From Fibrobacter succinogenes subsp. succinogenes S85 (lineage in GTDB: Bacteria > Fibrobacterota > Fibrobacteria > Fibrobacterales > Fibrobacteraceae): a stretch of 32,000 bases of DNA. Made by a program: the position numbers and the translations under genes. Shown piece by piece: positions 1 through 6,996 of the stretch; within the stretch, counting starts at the first letter, position 1; each line of letters begins with the position of its first letter. The notes under the pieces are model-generated. The model had not been told where the DNA came from. It did not search any database and saw only the letters and a program-made list of their open reading frames with translations. The stretch spans positions 2,400,001 through 2,432,000 of the forward strand of contig NC_017448.1 in the NCBI RefSeq assembly GCF_000146505.1. Reading direction: 5' to 3'.

Positions 1-16
1 ATGGACGCATTCCGAT

Positions 17-856
17 ATGAATGATACACTAAAGAAAGCTATGCTTTTTGCCGCGGTGACAATGGTTTCCGGTGCCTTCGCGTCTGAGATCGTAGCTCAA
101 CCTGCTGCTTCCAAGGCTGCAAAGGTTGGCCGTTTTGACGAGCAGATCGCTCTGATGCCGGACTCCATTGCTGTCCCGCTCAAGGAACAGCTCAAGTGGA
201 TGGATGAATCTACTGTTTTCCAGATTGTGGAAACTCACGGTGGTGGCTATTCCATTCTTTATAAGACATACGAACAGTCCGTTCGCGCCCGCGATATTCG
301 CGATTCCGTTGAAAATGCCAACGGTACGGCTGTGCTTCCGATTGCTAAGGCTAAGCTCGGCAGCGAATACTGCCAGGGCAAGATGGAAGGTGGCAAGTGC
401 CATGGTGAAGTCCAAAAGTTCACCCTTGGCAAGCTCGTCGAATTCCAGGCTACAGGCCTCATCGTCGTGATGTCTGTGATCATTGGCCTCCTCGTCCTCT
501 GCACTATCATGAGCGCGATCATGAAGAAGCTCGGTTTGGACAAGGTCAAGGCTCCGGCTCCTGCTAAGAAGGCTGCTCCGGCCGCTGCTGCTGCCGCTCC
601 GGCTCCTGCGGTTCGTGCTCCGGCACACTGCGACTGGGATCCGAATGCAAAGAGCATCCATCCGGGATTCACCAACAAGCAGCTCCAGGCGTTCCTCGGC
701 ATTGCCGCCGTCGCCGCTCTTGAAGAACATCCGGGACTTACAAACGAACAGTTCCTCGTGATTGCTACTGCTGCTGCAACGCAGGCTCTTGGTCAGCCCT
801 GCCGCGTGACCGCTTACAGAAACATTAACTCCCCTGCTTGGACGATCGTCAAGTAA
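17..856 (+). CDS. Membrane protein with an OadG-like TM helix and Ala/Pro linker; probable gamma/delta-type anchor subunit of a Na+-translocating biotin decarboxylase
   Basis: 279-aa ORF directly upstream of the biotin-carrier and beta-subunit genes. It has an N-terminal hydrophobic signal-like segment (AMLFAAVTMVSGAFA), an internal TM helix (GLIVVMSVIIGLLVLCTIMSAIM), an Ala/Pro linker (APAPAKKAAPAAAAAAPAPA) and a duplicated HPG(F/L)TN(K/E)Q motif near the C-terminus. The call rests on architecture and operon context, not recognised homology. Confidence 0.5.
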   Translation: MNDTLKKAMLFAAVTMVSGAFASEIVAQPAASKAAKVGRFDEQIALMPDSIAVPLKEQLKWMDESTVFQIVETHGGGYSILYKTYEQSVRARDIRDSVENANGTAVLPIAKAKLGSEYCQGKMEGGKCHGEVQKFTLGKLVEFQATGLIVVMSVIIGLLVLCTIMSAIMKKLGLDKVKAPAPAKKAAPAAAAAAPAPAVRAPAHCDWDPNAKSIHPGFTNKQLQAFLGIAAVAALEEHPGLTNEQFLVIATAAATQALGQPCRVTAYRNINSPAWTIVK

Positions 857-904
857 GGTTCAACTTTTAAAACTTAACAGGCTTTTAAGCCAGGAAAAAT
901 AAAA

Positions 905-1267
905 ATGAAGAAAACAGTCCGTATCAGTTTCGAAGGCAAGACCTACGACGTCGAAGTAGAAGTTCTTGATTCCGCAGTTGCTGCAGCTCCTGCTGCTCCG
1001 GTTGCCGCTCCGGCCCCGGCTCCTGCTGCTGCTCCGGCTCCGGCCGTCGCTGGTGGCACCGAAGTCAAGAGCCCGCTCGCTGGCTCTGTGTTCAAGCTCA
1101 AGGTCAACGTTGGTGACACTGTTGCTGCCAACCAGGAAGTGGCTGTTATCGAAGCCCTCAAGATGGAAAACCCGGTCGTCGCTCCGTGCGCAGGCAAGGT
1201 TACCTCTATCTCCGTCAAGGAAACCGACACTGTTACTGATGGCCAGGTCTTGATGACCATTGCCTAA
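905..1267 (+). CDS. Biotin carboxyl carrier (biotinyl/lipoyl-attachment domain) subunit of the decarboxylase
   Basis: 120-aa ORF with an Ala/Pro-rich linker followed by a biotinyl domain. The EALKMEN motif is a variant of the (A/V)MKM biotin-lysine box. The gene sits between the anchor and beta-subunit genes. Confidence 0.85.
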   Translation: MKKTVRISFEGKTYDVEVEVLDSAVAAAPAAPVAAPAPAPAAAPAPAVAGGTEVKSPLAGSVFKLKVNVGDTVAANQEVAVIEALKMENPVVAPCAGKVTSISVKETDTVTDGQVLMTIA

Positions 1268-1281
1268 TGAGGTAAAAGTCA

Positions 1282-2442
1282 ATGAGTGGAATTATTAACT
1301 CAGTCGCGGACTTCGCCTCGAGCACAGGATTCGCGCAGATTACCGTTCCGATGGTAATCATGTGGATCGTGAGCTTCGTGTTGATGTTCCTTGCGATTGT
1401 CAAAAAATACGAACCGCTTCTGCTCTTGCCGATTGCTATCGGCGCACTTGCGGTGAACATCCCGTCCGTCGCGTTCTACGACGGTGGCTGGAGCATCGAA
1501 GGTATGTTCAGCCCGACTGGCGGTCTCTACTACTACATCAGCCAGGGTATCCATCTGGAACTCTTCCCGCCCATCATCTTCTTGGGCGTGGGTGCCATGA
1601 CGGACTTTGGACCGCTTATCGCTAATCCGCGTACGCTCATCCTCGGTGGTGGCGCACAGTTTGGCGTGTTCATGACCATGTTTGCAGCTGTCGCTCTCGG
1701 TGGCTTTACGCTCGGTGAAGCAGCTTCCATCGGTATCATCGGTGGTGCTGACGGTCCGACGTCCATCTTCACTGCGAACAAGCTTGCTAAGCACCTCATC
1801 GGCCCCATCGCTGTTGCTGCTTACACCTACATGGCTCTCGTGCCGCTCATCCAGCCGCCTATCATGCGCGCTATGACGAACGACGCTGAACGCAAGATTC
1901 GCATGAAGGCTCTCCGCCAGGTTTCCAAGGCCGAACGCATCGTGTTTGCCGTGATGGTGATGATCGTTTGCGTGCTTGTCGTGCCGGATGCTTCTGCCCT
2001 TATCATCATGCTTATGATGGGCAACATCTTCAAGGAAGCTGGTGTCGTTGAACGCCTCGTGAAGACTTCTTCGAACGAACTCATGAACATTGTGACGATC
2101 TTCCTCGGCACGTCCGTGGGTCTCACGATGTCTGCTGACATCTTCCTCAAGCCGCAGACTCTCATGATCATCGCTATGGGTGTGGTTGCCTTTGGCTTCT
2201 CCACTTTCGGCGGTTTGCTCCTCGCAAAGATCATGAACAAGTGCTCTCCGAAGAACCCGGTGAACCCGCTTATCGGTTCCGCAGGCGTTTCCGCTGTGCC
2301 GATGGCTGCCCGTGTTTCTCAGGTTGAAGGTGCCAAGTATGACCCGCAGAACTTCCTCCTCATGCACGCTATGGGCCCGAACGTGTCCGGCGTGATTGGT
2401 ACGGCTGTTTGCGCTGGTTACATGATCAGCCGCTTGAGCTAA
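1282..2442 (+). CDS. Sodium-ion-translocating decarboxylase beta subunit (OadB/MmdB/GcdB family)
   Basis: 386-aa polytopic membrane protein with motifs I associate with OAD_beta (IIGGADGPTSIF, NPLIGSAGVSAVPMAARV). A GAGGT Shine-Dalgarno lies upstream of the ATG. The substrate (oxaloacetate, methylmalonyl-CoA or glutaconyl-CoA) cannot be told from this window. Confidence 0.9.
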   Translation: MSGIINSVADFASSTGFAQITVPMVIMWIVSFVLMFLAIVKKYEPLLLLPIAIGALAVNIPSVAFYDGGWSIEGMFSPTGGLYYYISQGIHLELFPPIIFLGVGAMTDFGPLIANPRTLILGGGAQFGVFMTMFAAVALGGFTLGEAASIGIIGGADGPTSIFTANKLAKHLIGPIAVAAYTYMALVPLIQPPIMRAMTNDAERKIRMKALRQVSKAERIVFAVMVMIVCVLVVPDASALIIMLMMGNIFKEAGVVERLVKTSSNELMNIVTIFLGTSVGLTMSADIFLKPQTLMIIAMGVVAFGFSTFGGLLLAKIMNKCSPKNPVNPLIGSAGVSAVPMAARVSQVEGAKYDPQNFLLMHAMGPNVSGVIGTAVCAGYMISRLS

Positions 2443-2468
2443 GATAATCGCGAACGCTCGCAAAGTTT

Positions 2469-2497
2469 TCCCTCGGTTTTTGCCGGGGGATTTTTTT
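2469..2497 (+). terminator. Putative rho-independent terminator of the decarboxylase operon
   Basis: Imperfect GC hairpin CCCTCGG-ttttt-GCCGGGGG followed by TTTTTTT (2491-2497), about 27 nt after the stop codon. Confidence 0.5.
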
Positions 2498-2536
2498 GTT
2501 CTATAGAATTTGATTTTTGTTTTATGTTTTTGAATT

Positions 2537-2648
2537 TTCTTTGAATACTTTTGAAAATTGCTTAAATTTGCTTAAAATCGCCATTTTTGTTTTTGTGAAA
2601 ATTTGGTTCAGTCTTGCGCGTATCTGTACGATTAAGTAAATTTATAGC
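2537..2648 (+). promoter_or_regulatory. Upstream control region of cassette 1 (diverged copy of the conserved cassette leader)
   Basis: AAAATCGCCATTTTT at 2574-2588 resembles the A5-YGCC-A-T5 box of the other cassettes. TAAATTTA at 2637-2644 ends 4 nt before the ATG. There is no Shine-Dalgarno. Confidence 0.3.
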
Positions 2649-3512
2649 ATGATGAAATCGGTTACTGAATACAAAAACTATCGCGAGTATATTCTCGACT
2701 ACTACAAGGAACGCAAGCGTTGTTCTGCGTTTACGTGGCGAGAATTTGCGAAGGTGGCTGGATTTGCGTCGGGTTCGTACCTGAAACTTGTATGTGATGG
2801 CAAGACGCGTCTTCGCGAAGAAGGAGCGAAAAAGACTGCACTTGCAATGGGCTTACTTGGCTATGAATTGGATTACTTCGTTTTGCTGGTACGTTATGAG
2901 GGAGCAAAGACGGAACAGGAAAAGAAGAAGTGCTTTGAGGAAATGCAGGCGCTTGGTGAAGCGAATCGCGTGAAAATTCTCGGCAGCGAGATGTACACTT
3001 ACTACGAGACTTGGAAACATTCTGTGGTCCGCGAATTGGCTGTGGCTATGCCGGGCGCAAAGCCGAACGAAATTGCCAAAGTGTGCAAGCCTGCGATTTC
3101 TGCTGCGGATGTCAGTGATAGCTTGCGCTTTTTGCTCAAGGCTGGGCTTTTGACTCGCGATATCAAAGGGAATTATCACCAGACGAGTACTTCGCTTTCG
3201 ACGGGAAATTTGAATGTGGTGGCCGTGGCGGTGCATTCGCTGTTGCGCCAGATGGGCGAGTTTGCGCTTGATGCTTTGGATAAATTGCCTATTTCGGAAC
3301 GCCACTTTAGTGGCATCACGATGGGCGTGACGGCAGAAAGCTATGCAAAAATTGTGGATGAAATTGCTGCGTTCCGCAAGCGCATAGTGTCGATTGTTTC
3401 TGCCGACAAAAAGATTGAAAAAGTTTGCCGCTTGAATATGCAACTTTTCCCGCTGACGGAAAAGATTGAATATGGCGATATGAATGTGTTATCAAAAAAT
3501 AGAGGGGAGTGA
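2649..3512 (+). CDS. TIGR02147-type protein (Fibrobacter 'second' paralogous family; putative HTH DNA-binding protein), cassette 1
   Basis: 287-aa soluble ORF. The N-terminus (YKNYREYILDYYKERKRCSAFTWREFAKVAGFASGSYLKLVCDGK) is paralogous to ORFs 6142-6996, 14721-15575 and 20347-21219. The stop codon overlaps the next gene (GTGA at 3509-3512). Confidence 0.8.
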   Translation: MMKSVTEYKNYREYILDYYKERKRCSAFTWREFAKVAGFASGSYLKLVCDGKTRLREEGAKKTALAMGLLGYELDYFVLLVRYEGAKTEQEKKKCFEEMQALGEANRVKILGSEMYTYYETWKHSVVRELAVAMPGAKPNEIAKVCKPAISAADVSDSLRFLLKAGLLTRDIKGNYHQTSTSLSTGNLNVVAVAVHSLLRQMGEFALDALDKLPISERHFSGITMGVTAESYAKIVDEIAAFRKRIVSIVSADKKIEKVCRLNMQLFPLTEKIEYGDMNVLSKNRGE

Positions 3513-5905
3513 CTAGAATTATGCTCACTAAAACAATGACAAAATGGAATCTTTTGGCGGCTCTTGTATTTGGGACGTCTTTTTGGGCTTGTTCTGGTGA
3601 TAAGACGGCCGGTACGGACGAACAGAGCGAAGGCCTTTACGCCATCAAGAACTTGGATATTGCAGGCATTTCCCAAAAGGGCCCGTTCGTGAAGGGCTCC
3701 GCGGTGACGGTGCAGGGAATCAACTGCAAGACAATGGAATTCACGGATAAAGTTTTTGAGGGTGAAGTCAAAAATAACATGGGTGAATTTGTTGTTGAAA
3801 AGGTGAACTTGTCTACGACTTGTGCTGTTGTTGAAGTGACAGGCGAATACCGTAGCGAAATGACGGGGAAAAAAGTCTCGGATAAAATGACGCTCCGTGC
3901 GTTAACGAATCTTAAGGATCGTACGCATGTGAATGTCAACTTGCTTACGAACTTGGAATACGAGCGCGTGATGTACTATGTGACTGAAAAGGGCAAGACT
4001 TTCGACGAGGCTAAGGAATTGGCTGAAAGGGAAGTGCTTGCCGCATTCGGGATGGCTGGTGAATCGGCCGAATTTGAAGATTTGGATATTTTTGGAACAA
4101 GCGATGCGGATGCGACGCTCCTTGCTATAAGCGTGTTGATGCAAGGCGATGCCGATGTGAAAACGCTTGCTAAACGTCTGGATAAATTCAATGATTCCTT
4201 TGCAGAAAGCGGCAAGTGGAACGATGATGATACGAAAAAAGCGATTACCGACTGGATTGCGAATGCCGTGGCTAAAGCCGTGATGGATTCCATTCGTAAG
4301 AATATGGAAAATTGGGGATTCGCAAATGAAGTTCCCGATTTTGAAAAGGCCATTGAAGAAATCAATGTGGCACAGGAAATCCCCGAAGGGTGGAGCTGGG
4401 ATGTGCCCAAGGAAGCTCGCCTGAATCCGAATATCAAATATGATTCGATAATCGACTCGCGCGACAAGAAAGTTTACAAGGTCGTGAAAATTGAAGTGCC
4501 AGACTCGAATTATTCGCAGGTGTGGATGGCTGAAAACCTGAACTATGCCGATAGCGTCAAGACTCCGAGCTTGAAGGGCGGCAACTGGTGCTACAATAAT
4601 GAAGAAAAAAATTGCAAGGTGGGCGGTCGTTATTACAGCTGGGCGGCGGCAATTGACTCTGTTGCCTTGGCGAATGATTCGAAGGAACCGTTGGTTTGCG
4701 GCTATGGTAAAAAGTGCGGACTTGATCGCGCTGTGCAGGGAATTTGTCCTGATGGCTGGCATTTGCCGTCAATCTATGAATGGGGGTTGTTGAGCGTGGC
4801 GTTAGGATCTGGCGGCGTAGCTGGCGAGCCTCTCAAGGCCTTGACCGGGTGGGACTACGCCGGAACGCCTGACAATAACGGTACGGATCTTTACGGCTTT
4901 GCCGCACTCCCGACCGGAAGAAAAATTTCTGCAACTAGTTGGCAAAAGGTGGGCTCGGATGTTTATTACTGGAGCGCCACCGAATACAGTGCCGATCAAG
5001 GCCGGTATTTAAATATAAACAACATTTATACCAATTCTTATACGTATCAGAATAGCAAGTCTTATGGACAAAGTGTCCGTTGCGTCAAAGGGGATCCTTC
5101 GACTGCGCCGGTAAGGCCTTCTTCAAGTTCTGTAGATACCAATGGATGGAGCTGGGATGTGCCCAAGGAAGCTCGCCTGAATCCGAAAATCAAATATGAC
5201 TCGATGGTCGACCCGCGTGACAAGCAAGTGTATAAGGTTGTGAAAATTGACGTGTCAGACACGAATTATTCGCAGGTGTGGATGGCAGAAAACTTGAACT
5301 ATGCCGATAGCGTCAAGACTCCGAGCTTGAAGGGCCGCAACTGGTGCTACAACAATGATGAAAAGAATTGCAATGTGGGCGGTCGTTATTACAGCTGGGC
5401 GGCGGCAATTGACTCTGTTGCCTTGGCGAACGATCCGAAGGAACCGTTGGATTGCGGTTATGGCAAGACGTGCGGACTCAATCATAGTGTTCAGGGAATT
5501 TGCCCGGATGGTTGGCATTTGCCGACACTCCGTGAATGGAGTTTGTTGTGTGAGGCTATAGGGGATTACAGTACGTGTGGAAAGCCTCTCAAGGCTTTGA
5601 GCGGGTGGGACTATGCCGGAACGCCTAACAATAACGGTACTGATAAATATGGCTTTGCATCACTTCCGACCGGAAGAAGGCTTTCTGCAACTAGTTGGGA
5701 AAAGGTGGGTTCGGATGTTTATTACTGGAGCGCCACCGAATACAGTGCCGATGATGGTCGATATTTCAATATAAACAACATTTATACTCAAACTTATACG
5801 TATCAGAATAGCAAGTCTTATGGACAAAGTGTCCGCTGCGTTAAAGGGGATCCTTCGACTGCACCGGTAAGACCTTCTTCAAGTTCTAGCAAAAGCGATG
5901 AGTAA
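3509..5905 (+). CDS. Lipoprotein with the shared N-terminal module and two FISUMP (Fib_succ_major) domains
   Basis: Signal peptide with lipobox (FGTSFWAC|SGD). The motif WMAENLNY...GRYY.WAAA...CPDGWHLP..EW..L...YGF..LP.G...SVRCVKGD occurs twice. The ORF opens at GTG 3509, but ATG 3521 with GGGGAG 11 nt upstream is the more likely start. Confidence 0.85.
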   Translation: MTRIMLTKTMTKWNLLAALVFGTSFWACSGDKTAGTDEQSEGLYAIKNLDIAGISQKGPFVKGSAVTVQGINCKTMEFTDKVFEGEVKNNMGEFVVEKVNLSTTCAVVEVTGEYRSEMTGKKVSDKMTLRALTNLKDRTHVNVNLLTNLEYERVMYYVTEKGKTFDEAKELAEREVLAAFGMAGESAEFEDLDIFGTSDADATLLAISVLMQGDADVKTLAKRLDKFNDSFAESGKWNDDDTKKAITDWIANAVAKAVMDSIRKNMENWGFANEVPDFEKAIEEINVAQEIPEGWSWDVPKEARLNPNIKYDSIIDSRDKKVYKVVKIEVPDSNYSQVWMAENLNYADSVKTPSLKGGNWCYNNEEKNCKVGGRYYSWAAAIDSVALANDSKEPLVCGYGKKCGLDRAVQGICPDGWHLPSIYEWGLLSVALGSGGVAGEPLKALTGWDYAGTPDNNGTDLYGFAALPTGRKISATSWQKVGSDVYYWSATEYSADQGRYLNINNIYTNSYTYQNSKSYGQSVRCVKGDPSTAPVRPSSSSVDTNGWSWDVPKEARLNPKIKYDSMVDPRDKQVYKVVKIDVSDTNYSQVWMAENLNYADSVKTPSLKGRNWCYNNDEKNCNVGGRYYSWAAAIDSVALANDPKEPLDCGYGKTCGLNHSVQGICPDGWHLPTLREWSLLCEAIGDYSTCGKPLKALSGWDYAGTPNNNGTDKYGFASLPTGRRLSATSWEKVGSDVYYWSATEYSADDGRYFNINNIYTQTYTYQNSKSYGQSVRCVKGDPSTAPVRPSSSSSKSDE
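4391..5887 (+). repeat. Intragenic tandem duplication (two 741-nt units, 756-nt period, in frame)
   Basis: Unit 1 (4391-5131) and unit 2 (5147-5887) align without indels. They share exact runs of 41 nt (from 4391 and 5147) and 56 nt (4619-4674 and 5375-5430). Confidence 0.9.
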
Positions 5906-5931
5906 ATAAAACTTTTAAGTAAAGAGGAATG

Positions 5932-5963
5932 CCCCGTGGCCAATATGCCGCGGGGATTTTTTT
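5932..5963 (+). terminator. Rho-independent terminator ending cassette 1
   Basis: Stem CCCCGTGGC (5932-5940) pairs with GCCGCGGGG (5947-5955) across a 6-nt loop. A 7-T run (5957-5963) follows. Confidence 0.75.
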
Positions 5964-5984
5964 GGATTCTAGTGACTTTGATTT

Positions 5985-6011
5985 GTCATTCCCGCGAAGG
6001 CGGGAATCTCC
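5985..6011. repeat. REP-like hairpin element GTCATTCCCGC-GAAG-GCGGGAATCTCC (intergenic copy)
   Basis: Perfect 8-bp stem ATTCCCGC/GCGGGAAT with a GAAG loop. The same arms and flanks recur at 16310-16337 and 17075-17102 inside a CDS. Confidence 0.7.
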
Positions 6012-6141
6012 ATGTTCCAGGAATATGTATGTCATGTTCTAAAATGCTAAAAATTCTAAAATTTATGCAAAAATGGTAAAATCTGTGCAAAAATGCCATT
6101 TTTATGTTCTAGATTTAATGCAATTGAGTATATTTGTACTT
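6012..6141 (+). promoter_or_regulatory. Conserved upstream control region of cassette 2
   Basis: The region contains the near-palindrome ATGTTCCAGGAATAT (6012-6026), TGGTAAAAT (6074-6082), the perfect 7+1+7 palindrome AAAAATG-C-CATTTTT (6089-6103) and TATATTTG (6129-6136) ending 5 nt before ATG 6142. It aligns without gaps to 14591-14720. Confidence 0.5.
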
Positions 6142-6996
6142 ATGAAGGATATCGTTAAATATACGGATTACCGCAAGTACATTCAAGATTACTACGACGA
6201 ACGTAAACGCACTTCGGCGTTTTCTTGGCATATGTTTGCACAAAAGGCGGGTTTCTCGTCGGATGTTTATTTGAAGTATGTTTGCGAAGGAAAGAAAAAC
6301 CTGAGTGTTGGTTCTGCGGGTTCTGTTGCAAGTGCCATGGGCCTTGTCGGCTTCGAACAGACTTATTTCGTTTTGATGGTCTCGTACGCTCATGCAAAGG
6401 ATGACAAGACAAAACGTGCCGCGTTCGAGGAACGTTGTGCGTTAGCGCTTGCCCACAAGATGCGTGTTCTCGGTGATGAAGAATTCAATTACTTTAAATC
6501 GTGGAAAAATTCTGTGATTCGAGAATTGGCTCCGCACATGCCTGGTGCAAAGCCTCTCGAAATGGCGCGAGCTTGCAAACAAAAGATTTCTGCAACGGAA
6601 GTTTCCGAGACGCTTGATTTTTTGGTGAAGGCAAAGCTTTTAAAGAAGGACAGAAACGGAAACTACCAGCAAACGGATAAGGCCATCAGGATGGCGCCTG
6701 TAGAGGCGGTACCTTTGGCTGCTCGCGATTTGCAGCGCCAAATGGGAGAGTTCGCGATTCAGTCGCTGGATTTGCCTCTTTCTGAGCGAATGATGTCGGG
6801 CTATACGCTTGGCCTTACGCGTCGTGCTTACGAACGGATAAAAAAGGAAGTGGATGAGTTTTATCGGCGCATTGTCGCGATTGCGACAGAAGAAGATGAA
6901 ACGGAGCGTGTTTATCGCTTGAATGTGCAACTGTTCCCGATGAGCGAATGGTTGAATAAAAGTGGAACAGTTTTGAATAAGGATGAGAGAAAATGA
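6142..6996 (+). CDS. TIGR02147-type putative HTH protein, cassette 2
   Basis: The ORF is open from 6073, but the paralogues all begin MK(D/E/A)IV(K/E)YTDYRK, so ATG 6142 is taken as the start. The stop overlaps the next start (ATGA at 6993-6996). Confidence 0.8.
   Translation: MKDIVKYTDYRKYIQDYYDERKRTSAFSWHMFAQKAGFSSDVYLKYVCEGKKNLSVGSAGSVASAMGLVGFEQTYFVLMVSYAHAKDDKTKRAAFEERCALALAHKMRVLGDEEFNYFKSWKNSVIRELAPHMPGAKPLEMARACKQKISATEVSETLDFLVKAKLLKKDRNGNYQQTDKAIRMAPVEAVPLAARDLQRQMGEFAIQSLDLPLSERMMSGYTLGLTRRAYERIKKEVDEFYRRIVAIATEEDETERVYRLNVQLFPMSEWLNKSGTVLNKDERK

Noticed and set aside
545-1050. Repetitive GCTCCGGCTCCTGC-type nucleotide runs in ORFs 17-856 and 905-1267.
   Set aside because: They encode the Ala/Pro-rich flexible linkers typical of biotin-dependent enzyme subunits. 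This is a coding low-complexity feature, not a repeat element.
1300-2463. Long antisense or alternative-frame ORFs. Examples are 1300-2463(-), 29-730(-), 3902-4762(-), 11489-12151(-) and 27692-29755(-).
   Set aside because: These are shadow ORFs lying opposite or overlapping genes with clear family motifs. Their products are Arg/His/Ser-rich and low in complexity. They have no Shine-Dalgarno and no recognisable domains.
6073-6141. N-terminal extensions of ORFs as drawn in the track: 6073 for cassette 2, 14703 for cassette 3, TTG 27665 for the phosphatase and ATG 30370 for the MBL protein.
   Set aside because: Paralogue alignment fixes the regulator starts at MK(D/E/A)IV(K/E)YTDY (6142, 14721, 20347). 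The extensions run through the conserved non-coding leader. For the phosphatase and MBL genes, downstream ATGs have properly spaced Shine-Dalgarno sequences.
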